A stretch of 64,000 nucleotides of DNA from Octopus vulgaris. Lineage: Eukaryota. The position numbers and the translations under genes were made by a program. The stretch is from contig OX597821.1 in NCBI GenBank assembly GCA_951406725.2, positions 54,064,001 to 54,128,000 on the forward strand, given 5' to 3'. Shown here in pieces: positions 13,619 through 26,050 of the stretch; position 1 is the first letter of the stretch; each line of letters begins with the position of its first letter. Below the pieces are notes generated by a model that worked only from the letters and a program-made list of their open reading frames with translations, ran no database searches and had not been told where the DNA came from.

Positions 13619-14045
13619 GAATCTTTTCGGTTTGAACAGCAGTTTTTTCTAGCGGTGTCATATGAAATTGTCACCCATAATTATGACCCTAGTATCGATC
13701 TATTGCATTTTCAATCTCTTTTAGGGTTAGGGTTAGTTAGGCTCAGGGGTGGGGGAAGGGTATCTTTTCTACTTCACAAATGTAAATAAACCCAATCTGT
13801 TTCTTAAATGAGGGACATATTCATATGGCACAGAATGCTTTTGAACTCAATAGACGTCACTGATTGGTTGAAATTGCAGAAATTGAAGAAAAACAACAAC
13901 AAATATTTTACAAACTATAGAATTTTCTCAATAAAGCCAAGAGAAAAAGATGTTTTATAAACACATTCTACCAGTATACAATGTTTAAAATTTTTTAGTT
14001 ACCTAGCAATTATGTTAAAAACTGCTGTTCAAACTGAAAAGATCC
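13619..14045. mobile_element. MITE with 28-bp TIRs, 8-bp TSD and internal TTAGGG repeats
   Basis: TIRs gaatcttttcggtttgaacagcagtttt / aaaactgctgttcaaactgaaaagatcc; TSD taagcaaa / taagcaag; ttagggttagggttagttagg at about 13721. Confidence 0.85.
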
Positions 14046-14299
14046 TAAGCAAGTTGCTGTTATTGCTTGATTCAAGGGTGGCAAACTTAATCTGACATTC
14101 AGGTTAATACCATTATTTGGCCTTTGCATGCCACTAACAGAATTCTCTCTGTTGCAAGGATTCGAGTTAGGGTTCTCAGAATTTATCCTACAATTTCATG
14201 AGGCAAAAGTTCATCTGGAGTTTCAAGGAAATCAGGCTGAAAGTAGAAAACTTAATTCACTGAATGAGAGGCTTATCCATTATAGGGTTAACTTTTAGA

Positions 14300-14430
14300 C
14301 TATTCATTAGTAGCTGAAGCAAGGTGAAATGAAGTGTCTTGCTCATGGGTATAGTGTTTCTCACAGTTCAAAACGAAACCAAAGACCTAATGATTGTAAG
14401 CCCAATGTTCTAACCATTGGCTATGCTTTC
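14300..14430 (-). mobile_element. Ancient tRNA-SINE head
   Basis: gaaatgaagtgtcttgctcatgg...aaacgaaacc...ctaaccattggctatgc is a reverse-complemented, decayed tRNA-like head with a CORE-like segment. Confidence 0.45.
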
Positions 14431-14933
14431 ACAAGAGTTTGGATTAGGCCTTTATAGTATCAAAATGAATTTTCCAGCCCCTCTCTTAGAAACTCTCAAA
14501 GGCAATTGAAATAGAAGTCACTGTTGATCAAGCAGTCCTATGATCAAAGTTGGGATGTGCTATAGGAAAGGATTTTGTTGTTATTCCCAATTTGTCAAAG
14601 GATTACATGGAATATTTTCTTATCAGATCAGCTTCATCTCAACTTTATGTAACAAGGTAAGTCTGGTTGATGAAATTAAACATTGTGAACTGATAAATCT
14701 CTGACTAATTTTACATAGAGGATACTGCATATAGCAGAACATATTTATGTCTAGGTTAACAGGTAATGTAGTTTTGCTTTCCTTTTTTTTTCTTTTGATA
14801 CAATACAGTTTCCAATGACAATATGAATTGCTAATTGCCTCACTGATTGCTTAGTAATTAAAGTTTAGTTCTGTGTTTGATTATCTAAGACTATGTTTGT
14901 TTAAAATGTTTACTTTTATTTTATATGGGGTTG

Positions 14934-15085
14934 GGAGCAGATATGGCTGTGTGGTAAGAAGTTTGCTCCACATGGTTGTAGGTTCAGTTTGACTGCATGA
15001 CACCTTGGGCAAATATTTTCTACTATAGATCTAGGCTGACCAAAGACTGAGTAAATTTGGTAGATAGAACTAAAAGAAACCTACC
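14934..15085 (+). mobile_element. Family A SINE 5' half
   Basis: ggagcagatatggctgtgtggtaagaag...caccttgggcaaa...tttggtagatagaactaaaagaaacc, ending at the internal (TA)n. Confidence 0.75.
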
Positions 15086-15103
15086 ATATATATATAAATA
15101 TTA

Positions 15104-15282
15104 TCATCATCATCGTTTAACGTCCATTTTCCATGCTAGCATGGGTTGGACGGTTTTGACTGAGGGCTGGCAACCAGATGGCTGCACCAGGCTCCTGTCT
15201 TGATCTGGCAGAGTTTCTACAGCTGGATGCCCTTCCTAATGCAGACCACTCCAAGAGTATAGTGGGTGCTTTTTACATGCAA
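15104..15282 (-). mobile_element. RTE-tailed repeat (family B)
   Basis: catcatcatcgtttaacgtccattttccatgctagcatgggttggacgg...ggatgcccttcctaat. Confidence 0.85.
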
Positions 15283-15446
15283 GCAAGTGGCACTATCATA
15301 CAAGTACTATCCTTCATCTCCAATCTTCTGTAAAAATACGTCAGGTCTTAGGGGAAATAGGATCTTACTTGGAAACAGATGAGGACTAGTGACAGGAAAG
15401 GCATCCAGGAGCAGGAAATCCACTTATGCAAATTCAGTCCAACCAA

Positions 15447-15562
15447 TGATGACAACAACAATTATCATGACATTGTTGATGATGACAATGATGATTATGA
15501 TGATTACGATGATGACGATGATGACGATGATGATGATAACGACGACGATGATGATGATGATT
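15447..15562. repeat. (GAT/GAC)n microsatellite
   Basis: Direct read; explains the poly-D ORF. Confidence 0.9.
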
Positions 15563-16508
15563 ACAAAAGCATTACTGGTTATAGATTTATGAAGAGTCTG
15601 TTAATAGTTTGCCACAAATTTGAATGTGAGGGTGACAAGGAAGTGTCTGTCTGTAAGTCTGTGTATTACGAGAGGCTTCATCTGACTTTAAGTAATTTTT
15701 TTTAATATCACTTACATCCTGTGTTGATATACATCAGTGCAAAAAGTATTTCATACTGTTAGGTGAATCAGAATAGCATTAATTATTCAAAGGCGTTATT
15801 GCTACACAAAATTTTGCTTGAGGACTAAGAGTGAAGAACTTTGAGCTGAATCTCTTGAGTACACTCTGCTTTGAATAAATTATATTGTGTTATATAACAA
15901 TGCATATGTGTGAGTATGTTTGTGGCTGGGACAATTGCAAACAATTTCTGTCTTCCAAATTCCAGCTTACATGGTGTTGGACATACTCTGTCTCTGTCTA
16001 CCATTAAAGACATTCGAAGGTGATACACAACCATGGAATTAATCCAGAACCAAACATTTACACAGTAAGCTTTTTAATCTAACAGACATGCAGGCCCCTC
16101 AACCAACTATATCTTCTTCAATCAGTTTACTTAGATTAAAAATAAATAAAATTGTAGTCATGCTATAATTCCAAATATAATTAGCAAATCTGCATAATCT
16201 CGAAACCAATTCAATAAAACTTCCAATGGGAACCATATATTTAATCCCTAAATTCAGTTTGATAAAGTGCTTTAACACCAAACTCAAAGGCAAAGAATCA
16301 CTCTTGCAGCACAATTGGCTCTTAAAAGGTTTAGTAGACTCTGTTTTAGGCACTAAGTTCTCTCTCTTTCAGTCTTTCTTTTGTTTGGATGCAGCAGGTT
16401 CTACAATAAAAACAGGACATACAAGAATAAACAGAACACTAGTCAGTTACTTATTTCAACACTGTATACACTCTGATAGCAAAATACAAACCAAACTATA
16501 ACAATTTA

Positions 16509-16573
16509 TGCTGCTCCTGCTACCACAGCTGCTCCTGCTACTGCTACTGCTACTACTACTACTACTGCTACTG

Positions 16574-16613
<40 letters not shown>

Positions 16614-16706
16614 CACTAATAATAATAATAATAATAATAGTAATAGTGATAATAGTAATAATAATAGTCATAATAATAGTCATAATAATAATAATAATAA
16701 TAATGA
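16509..16706. repeat. Compound (CTG/CTA)n-(TAA)n microsatellite
   Basis: Direct read; explains the poly-L/I/S ORFs. Confidence 0.95.
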
Positions 16707-17322
16707 TATTGACACAACACCACTGCAAGGTTTAACATCCATACTGCAATTGTTAAAGCTAAGAAGAGGCTTTTAACTGTCATAAAAATTGACAAGAATA
16801 TATCAGAAACTGGAGAACCAACTGGACTTTTCTAGTAAAAAATAAAAATAAAAATTAAAAGATTAACTAATGGCTATGTATTGGTTAATAACTGAATACC
16901 AGACTTAACAAATGGTCTAAATATTTTGACATTTATTTAAGTATATAGAATGGTAAAGTTAAAAGAATCTGCCATGTTTGTATTCCAGTATCCTAAGTCG
17001 ACATGTCATAATGCTTGAATAAGTTTTTGTTGTAAAGATTGTATTGTAGTCACATGCTTACTGTTGTAATGGTCATAAATACCTAATGGAACGTAGCATG
17101 GTGTTTAGAACTTGACATTTCCAAAGTTGATAGCAAGGAGCAGTAAGTTTAAAAAAATATTCTACCAAAATGTAACTGTTTCGGTAGTGCAATCTATTAT
17201 TATAACTACAGCTGATATACTGAATGGCAGTGTGTATTGTAGCACAAAACACACACACAAGTGTGTATGCATGTGTGTGTGTTTGTGACTGCATATATAT
17301 GTGCATCCTTATTTATATAGAC

Positions 17323-17361
<39 letters not shown>

Positions 17362-17612
17362 GGGAGAGAGAGAGACACATATATATATGCATATATATAT
17401 ATATATGTATATATGTATATATATGTATATATATATGTGTGTATACATATGTATATATATTTATGTGTATATATATGTGTATATATATATATACACGTGT
17501 ATATATATATATATACATATATATATGTACATATACATGTATATATATGTGTATGTATATACAGTTGGATATATTTAAAAAAAGAAGAACAACTTCACTC
17601 GTAGTTCTAATC

Positions 17613-17920
17613 AGTTTAGTTTATTATTTTTTAAATTTTTTAATAATATAAATTTTATTTCATAGTTCTAGTAAGTTCTTTGTTAACTTGGGTGTGGAGA
17701 ATTTTTTAGAAAAAAATATTCTTAACTTCTTTGGAGAATTTTCTCACATTCATTGTCAAACAGATCTGATGATTTGGAGTTTTGAACCAGAAAGAAGTTC
17801 TCCAAAGAAGTTAAAAAGGATTTTTAAAAAAATTATCCACACCCAAGTTAACAAAGAATGTATTAGATTGTGAACTAAAATTCATATTATCAAAAAATTA
17901 AAAAAATAATAAATTAAACT
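17613..17920. repeat. Long imperfect inverted repeat (about 130-bp arms) with hammerhead 5' core in the loop; probable Penelope pLTR fold-back
   Basis: ttctttgttaacttgggtgtgga..ttaacttctttggagaa pairs with ttctccaaagaagttaa..tccacacccaagttaacaaagaa. Loop holds CTGATGA (17766) ttt-gg..cca GAAA (17790). Confidence 0.85.
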
Positions 17921-18254
17921 ACCAGTAAAGTCATATACGTACACACACACACATATATACACATATATATATATACATATATACATACGTACACACATGC
18001 ACACACACGCACACACACACAAACACAAACACACACACACACACATATATATATATTAGGGTAAGGTTCAAGGATCCAAGTGTAGAAAGTTTGTAAACTT
18101 CGAGCAGTCATGGAAGGTATAGAAAATAGAAAGTGGACAGTCTACAATCAGGAACAATAACAATTTATTGACATCGAAGTTTAGACATATCTGTGGTGAG
18201 TTAACGGGAATATTCCAAGCGACAATATAACCTTCATTAAATTTAGGTACTTTT

Positions 18255-18338
18255 GGCCTGATGAATAGCTAAGCTGAGAACCCCTTGCAGAGTAATTATT
18301 ACATTAGAGGTTCAGATGGCTAAGAAACATTTGTATCC
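18255..18338 (+). ncRNA. Type I hammerhead ribozyme relic (Penelope-type) within a TA-flanked pLTR-like segment (18056-18376)
   Basis: ggc-CTGATGA-a-TAGCTA..gaacc...ggttc..TGGCTA-a-GAAAC-attt-GTA-tcc. Core intact; long stem II; minimal stem III; stem I has one mismatch. Confidence 0.65.
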
Positions 18339-18391
18339 TGCATTTTACCATTGCACTCCCTCAATTTGGGTTACATATATATGTATATATG

Positions 18392-18463
<72 letters not shown>

Positions 18464-19079
18464 ATTTTAAGTCACTATATCTGGATTCAACTAATCCGAT
18501 GGTACTCATAAAAAAGCTCCTTAATGTATCATTCTACAAAACATATAGAATATACAGTATAATACAAGAGAAAGACATGAGGAGTGTATAAAATTATAAA
18601 TAATGAGAGAAATACACTATGATAAAATTTATTTTACTATTGGAAATTCTTATTTAATGATATTTGTTTTGTAGCTTAATAAACATGTATAGATAATTAA
18701 TTTTATTATATTTTATAATAAGTAATAAGTACTTACATGTCAGCATAAATATATATAGTCTTTAAATCAATGTAGATATTAAGCTAGCTCTTCAGGTTAA
18801 AAAACAATCCATGTTAAAAGTAATCACTCCACATAATGTTTCAAGAATGCAGAGTCAATATTTTAAAATAAATTATCTATATATGCTTGTCAAGCCGCAA
18901 AACAATTGTCATTAAATAAGAATTTCTAATGGAAAAATAAATTTTAGCATTGTATATTTATAATTTGATAAATATATATATATATATCGAAACACATGTA
19001 GTAAATTTTAAACCCCATTTGAGTTCTTCCTTAAATATATATGTGTGTGGATGTGTATATAAATAGATATGCATGTAGC

Positions 19080-19137
<58 letters not shown>

Positions 19138-19139
19138 TA

Positions 19140-20655
19140 CAGGGTGTCCCAAAATTAAGGCAACCAATTTTTTTCCAATTTTGTCAAAGCAAAATATTGT
19201 TATATTTTGGGTCTGAGCATTGCCATGAAATGGTAAAGGACACTACCACATTTATTCGATATGACCACCTCTTTTTTTAATCATAGCCTTAAGTCCAGGT
19301 GCAAATGCTTCACATGCAGCATACAGCTGTTCTTGCAGAATTGATGCCCACTCCTGGCATGGTTTTATAATAATAATAATAATAATAATGAAATTATTGT
19401 TTACAGTGCTCAGGTGCACCACAACTTGTCAGAAAGTGCATATAAAGTATATGCAGTAATGTACAAATGTCTGGAAAGCGAACAATGTATGAGTCAGATA
19501 CATGCTTGTGTGTGTATAGAGGGGAGAATATCAGGTGTAGTGTTGGCGAATCTCAGAAAGCATGGAAGCTTTGAAGGATGCAGTGCTCCGACAACTAACA
19601 ACTGATGCCGGCAGTTTGTTCCATGCTTCAGCAACTCTCAACGTTAAAAAATGTTTCCTAAAGTCATGGCAGCTGTGCTGTTTTCTGACTTTGTAAATAT
19701 GTCCACAGGTGTTAGACAGGTGGAGTTTGAAAAGATGCTCAGAGTTATTGTTTGTAAGATAGTTTTTACCTTCAGAATGTTGAGCAAAGCATGAGGAGTG
19801 CTTGAGATTCCTCATTTGTTTCCCCCCATTGTCTTTTGGAAGTGTGTAGTGCCAAAAAAATCATAAATTTAACAAAAATCTTTTTTCATAAAATGCTTCC
19901 CCCATCATTTCAAAGGCAGTTATCAAAAAAATAATTAGAAAAATCCCCATCAAAATTGAGAATCTTTAACTTATGTGGGCGTCCTTACCTGAAACTCCAC
20001 TGGCTATAGATATGTTGAATAGTCCATTAAAATTTTATTGAAATAGTATCATGTCCCAAAATCTCCGGATTTATTTAGTTCTATACCTACTAGAGATGCG
20101 CCAAAACTTAAGTCCTGTGGTTTGTACTGAAAATACTGTTTGTTACATGCAGCAAAATAAGTTTGACATAAATACTTTTAAAAATTGTCAAAACAAAGTT
20201 TCATTTTCAAGAACCTGAAAAGAAATAGGTGAGTGCTATTGCATGCATACTATTAATTTGTGTAATTTGAAGATGATTATCACTTCAGTTTCAAAGTTAT
20301 GACCTCACAAATATGGCTAATTATTCATTCAGGCCTAATTTGGAAATATTTCAACTAATTTGCTGACCACTCAAATTGTCCTATCTCATAAAATATTCAT
20401 TCAAATTTCACAAATGAGGTATCAAAATATTTCTTTTTTGGATGCTCTCCAAGAATAAGTACAGTAGAAGTTAGATTTAAATATTTCCAGATGCCTAGTT
20501 ATCTCAAAACTCTAAATTGAAACTCTATCACTGCTTACTCACCTATTTATCTCATGAGGATGGATAAAATTTAAACCAGTAAAATATTGGCCAAGTCAAT
20601 GGACGTTCAACACTGGATGATTATTGATTTATTAACTACATTTTGGTTGTCCCTG
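19140..20655. mobile_element. Degraded Tc1/mariner-type element
   Basis: ta|cagggtgtcccaaaat ... attttggttgtccctg: imperfect TIRs; interrupted by the CR1 fragment. Confidence 0.5.
19369..19759 (-). mobile_element. CR1/L2-type LINE 3' fragment with (TTA)n tail
   Basis: ORF ..TCGHIYKVRKQHSCHDFRKHFLTLRVAEAWNKLPASVVSCRSTASFKA matches the CR1-clade C-terminal TRGH..K..R..FF..RV...WN.LP..VV...S...FK motif. Confidence 0.85.
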
Positions 20656-20689
20656 CATACAGGTATGTGCCTTGCATCCCTATTCAGTT

Positions 20690-20927
20690 GAGCAATCCTA
20701 ATCTTGCAGGCTCATGGGTGTTGGTACCATGTAAAATGCATCCATTTTTGTGCTGTGTACTCTCTGTAAAGTGATTGGCATTAGGAAGGACATCCAGCCA
20801 TAGAAACCATGCCAAAACAGACATGTAGCCCAGGCACCTTTTCAGTAGGCCAGCTCCTGTCAAACCCTCCAACCCATGCTAGTGTGGAAAATGGACGTTA
20901 AATGATGAGTATGACGATGATGATGAT
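20690..20927 (+). mobile_element. RTE-tailed repeat (family B)
   Basis: ttggcattaggaaggacatccagcc...ccaacccatgctagtgtggaaaatggacgttaaatgatga. Confidence 0.8.
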
Positions 20928-21847
20928 CTGTGTTATAAGGGAATTATTATTTGTGGCTATGTAAAAATTTATATATCAGCTATGGCTGTGTAATAACTAT
21001 AATAGTTAGTTTATTAGATACAGTTGCATAATTGCTGACTCATTAGTTGTTTCTCTATAACAACTGATACATCAGCTATGATTTTGTAATAACTTATCAG
21101 CTATGACTGTGTAAGAGCTTCTTTATTACTATAGTTGCATAATAGCTGATATACTAGCAACATTTGGTAATTACTGATCAATCAATACTGACCAGCATTA
21201 TCCAAAGTTAGTGGTAACAAAATGTATTTTCCCCACCCTTCATTTCTGCTGTATATTTCTGGGATCTTTGATTTTCTATTTACAATTCTGCTCACTAGAT
21301 TTTAACTTCAGGCACTTCAATATAATTATGTTGCTTCAAAAATCTAAGCTTGACAGATTGAAGACAAAACAAAATGAAAATTATATGCTCTCTGAAATTG
21401 TTAGAAAATTGACAGAAAGATGTAAAACTCTGTTGTGCTTAAAGCAAAAATGTTAAAACATCATCATGATGGAAGAGATTCCATTGTTGAGAAAACTTTC
21501 TCATTCCTTGGAAAGAATATGGATATATTTATAACAATTCAGCAAAGTTTAGATGAGAGATAACATTATCATTGTATCATGTGTCCAATTTGAAAATACA
21601 AATATGCTAAAGAAAAAAAAAAAACAGTGATATCTAGATAAAGTTATGTCATATATAAAAGGTTAATTTTCAACAGAGAACGTAAAATCCTACATTAGTA
21701 CAAAAGATTTTTTTAAATATATTTAAAAATTTTCCAAAATTTATATATTTAAAATTAATTATCAATTCTATATATTATATTTATTCTAATTACAACTGGC
21801 ATGGCATCTTATTAAAATTAAATAATTGCAAAAGTTTTACTTTTATA

Positions 21848-22980
21848 TCATCACCATCATCATTTAACGCGTTTTCCAAGCATGCATGTGTTAGAGGACT
21901 AGACAGAACTAGTAAGCCAGGGAGCTGCACCAGGTTCCAATCTGATTTGGCATGGCTAGATGCCCTTCCTAACTCTTTTTACATACCACGGGCATAGGTG
22001 CCAATTATGTGACACCAGCAGCAGCTATGACTACAATCTCACTTGGCTAGACAGGTCTTCTCATGCACAGTGTATCATCAAAAGTCTTGGTCACCTGTCA
22101 CACTGCACTGGCATCATCCACAACTGTGATTTCACTTGGCTTGACAGGTCCTCTAAAGCACAGCATATCACCCGACGTCGGAAGGGTGCTTTTTACATGC
22201 CAGTTAAGCAACACTAGCTTTGGCTATGATTACGATCTCACTTGGCTTGACAAGTCTTCTGAAGCATGGAATATTACCAAAGGTCTCAGTCACTTGTCAT
22301 TGGCATCGTGAGGTCTGACTTTCGAAGATCATGCTTCACCACCTTGTCCCATGACTTCCTGGGCTTACCTCTTCCACAGGCTTCAGTTACCATTAGAGTG
22401 TGGCACTTCACACAGCTGTCCTCGTCCATACACATCACATGACCATACCTGTGCAGTTATCTCTTTTGTACATCATATCGGATGCTTCTTAAGCCCAACT
22501 TTTCACTCAAGACACTTACACTCTGTTATACATGCACACTAACATTACACATCCAGCGAAGCATGCTAGCTTCATTTCTTACAAGTCTATGCATGTCCTC
22601 AGTGGTAACATCCCATGTTTCACTGCCATATAGCATGGCTGTTCACACACAAGCATCATCCAATCTGCCTAGCAGACGTAGGAGCTCTCTGAACTTTGCC
22701 CAGCATAATCTTATTCTAGCAGCTACTCTCTCAGAGCTTCCACCCCTGCTACTGAAGCTGTCAACTACTTCTAGTTTTCCCTCCTGACATTTGATGGAGT
22801 CTATTTTCTGTACATTTCTAGTGTTAATTATACCTGTGCACATTCCACACACAAAACTATTTTCCCTGTTAACCTTCCTCTGATATTGTTGCACCCTTAT
22901 GTCCAGGTACATGTCAGGGAGTTTCTATCTACGCCTTTTCTACAGATAAAGCAGGGCCATCTATCTGAAGGGATTTGTGA
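21848..22980 (-). mobile_element. RTE LINE 3' portion (pseudogenised ORF plus tandemly repeated 3' UTR)
   Basis: Minus strand: WPCFICRKGV..FVCGMC..LEVVDSF..ARIRLCWAKFRELL..AMLYGSETW..RNEASMLRWMC..YGHV..CGRGKPRKSWD; (ATG)n tail. Confidence 0.9.
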
Positions 22981-23949
22981 TTTGTTTATTTATATCTTTA
23001 CATTATTATACCAAGCTTATATAACATATATTGTACCTTATTGATATGATATTTTCATTACCTCATGTTTATGCTATACTATATATATATATATTATACC
23101 ATGCTTATATTGTGTCATATTTATATTATGCTAAGTTATACCATATATACATATATGTATGTATAAGAGAGAGAAAGAGAGAGAAGAGAGGAAGAAATCT
23201 CATGTATACTAAATTTATACCATAGCATAAGTTATTACGACATGTTAGTATTAAACAATGATAGATTACACCATAATTATGTCATATATGTATTACATTA
23301 TGTTTATAGAAAATCCTTCTGTAAAGAACACAGCTCAAGACTAATACTATACAATTGCGTATCAATTCTTATTCCTTATATGAGACATTGTCACATGAAA
23401 AGCATAAATATGATGTTTCATAAAAGACTAATTAATTCGTTTGCTGTATGGTGAAATACGTAATTAATTATATCCAATGTCATCAAATTTGATTATGTAT
23501 TAAAATAATTTGGACAAGAAAATCTATTATCTTACAACTGTAATTTTGATCATAAAGTAATAACGTAAAATGGGTCAACAATGCCATCTTTTGATATATT
23601 TAATTCACATACATCAATGGGATTAGAACTAAGCTGGTGCTAAAGTATCACAATAACGATGGCACTGCTGTTGATAAGAACAACACTAGCACCCCTACCG
23701 TGAACAACACAAACAATTAGAACAGTACACAATTAAAGTTTGTCAAATTATTTTGAAAACCTTAAGGTGCCACAGTGACACCTCATGGTTACTTATTATT
23801 TCTTTGGGGATAGTTCTGATTCATTCTCACTTCCTCCCCTAAACCATGTAGCTCTTCACCAAGAATCTGCTCTGTCCCACTCCTACTCTCATACCTTCAT
23901 CCTTTCCCCTATCTAACATAAGGATGTACCTACCCCCATCTCCTCAGAA

Positions 23950-24165
23950 GCTGTAGGCTTGCAAGCTGAATGGTGACATCATCAGTGCCAATAGCACAAA
24001 AAGTCTCCAATACACACTGTAATGGATTTGGTATTAAGAACAGCGGCAGAAACCATGCCATAACAGACACTGGAGCATGCTACAGTTCTTGGGTCCACTG
24101 TCTTCTGTCAAACTGTCTAACCCATGCCAGAATGGAAGACAGCTGTTAAATGATGATGATGCTGA
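23950..24165 (+). mobile_element. RTE-tailed repeat (family B), diverged
   Basis: gaaaccatgccataacagac...ctgtcaaactgtctaacccatgccagaatggaagacagctgttaaatgatgatg. Confidence 0.65.
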
Positions 24166-25077
24166 TGTTGATACTGTGTCAGCACACTACAGAAATTATG
24201 TTCTTCGTTTATTTTTAGATAGTTTGAGCCCAGATAGCCTCTCCAATTCCATCACCGCTCCCAAGATTATTTGCTAATTCTTACTGAGCACTGCAATTAA
24301 TTAAAACAGCAAAAAGACAGCAATGTTATCAGTAAATAATCGAAGCATTATCATACAATTTGTATCTTAGAAAGCTGAAGAGATTGCTTTCTGCAGCTAC
24401 AGACTAAAATGTCATTGAATAACAAGCTGGTTTGATGTGGCATTTAAATACATCAACTAGGCCAGACAGATGAGAGGACAGGGAAATATGTTGAGATATA
24501 TGTAATTAGAGACTATTTTGTCACTGTATTTGGTGTTAGAAAACATTGATATGCGAAGAAACAGAAAGTTGTCTAACATAAATTTATAGTTTGATGCAGC
24601 AAAAGAATAAATGACAGGAACAGATATAAAAGTCATTAGTTAAAGTATTACATACTATTGCCTGATCAATAGCTAAGCAGCTAAGTACATAGTAATTATT
24701 TAAATGTTTGTGGTTGCTTTTATTGGACATATGATGGATGAGAGCATTGTAAATAGATGTTTTTTTGTTGTTTGATCTTTAAATGAAATGTGGAAATACA
24801 AAATTTTACATCATACTTAGCTAATTAAAGTATAAACAAGGATTTTATTTTAAAGTTACAACAAAGTTTTATGAATATTTTAAAATCTTTGCTGAGATAA
24901 CTGTCATTTTCTAATATCTCTCTCAGATTAAAAATGAACTGCTGGCATATCTGTAGAAAATTATCACTTCTATTATGCCAAACTGATTACATGAATTAGA
25001 AAATTATTAAAAGTTTAACTAAAAGAGAAACCTAAAATAATTCTAAAGTTGATCAAGTTTGTTATTCCACAAACATT

Positions 25078-25408
25078 CATCATCATCATCGTCATCATCA
25101 TTTAGCGTCCGTTTTCCATGCTAGCATGGTTTGGACGGTTCGACCGGGGATCTGGGAAGCCAGAAGGCTGCATCAGGCCCAGTCTGATCTGGCAGTGTTT
25201 CTACAGCTGGATGCCCTTCCTAACGCCAAACACTCTGCGAGTGTAATGGGTGCTTTTTATGTGCCACCCACACAGGTGCCAGACGGTGCTGGCAAACGGC
25301 CACAAACGGATGGTGCTTTTATGTGCCACCGGCACGGGGGCCAGGCGAGGCTGGCAAAGGACACGAACGGATGGTGCTTTTACATGCCACCGGCACGGAG
25401 GCCAGTCA
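25078..25408 (-). mobile_element. Young RTE-tailed repeat (family B) with tandem approx. 60-bp units
   Basis: Highly similar to 27071-27320 in opposite orientation; CpGs retained; unit ggtgcttttatgtgccaccggcacg.. repeated about 2.6 times. Confidence 0.9.
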
Positions 25409-25469
25409 TTATGCATTAAAATTATGCATTAAAATAAAAAACATTTTTTTTTTACTTGATAAATTTTTA

Positions 25470-26050
25470 GTGGAGGGATGGCAGTTTTGATGATTTTTGC
25501 AGGCCCTTGGAGATTGATGAGGCTGATTTACTATTAATGTTCCAAACAAACTGCTGCGGGTCAATATAAGCAGAGAAATGCATGAATAAAGAGAAGATTC
25601 CAAAGGGTTGATGTTTTCGCAAGAAAGGGATGGATATAGAGGCAAGAGCTGGGTTGGTAGAGTTGGATACAACAAGGGTGATAAGTGGTGCAAAGATAAA
25701 CAAGTTAAAAGTACCTGAGAGAAGGAAATATAAGGTCAACCCAACTCCATTATTGTTGTGATAGAAAAGATGGTAAAGATAGCATGGCTGTGGGATTAAG
25801 GTAAGAGCATGGTTTTGAGTCTAAGGTTGGTGAATGTCTGTTAGTGATTTAATAACAATCAGTCAAGTAGTCCTCCTCTGGATGTGGTTCAGAATGTCTG
25901 TTAGGGAAGCAACTGCAGCAGAATTATTCCTGACATGGGAACAGCACTCCAATGTTGGATTCAATTGTTTCTTAAAGAGAGTCAGTAAATGTTTGGGGAT
26001 AAAATTTCTTCTGGCTTTCAAGAAAAGGGTTAATCTTTGGGATTAAAACC
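25470..26050 (-). mobile_element. CR1-group (Zenon/Crack-like) LINE fragment, degraded
   Basis: Minus strand LKARRNFIPKHLLTLFKKQLNPTLECCSHV...ILNHIQRRTT*LI resembles LLxLYKAQVRPxMEYCSHVW..LLDRIQRRAxRLI. Confidence 0.65.

Noticed and set aside
21211-21560. Exon-like purine-rich segment
   Set aside because: Stops in all plausible frames and no recognisable motif.
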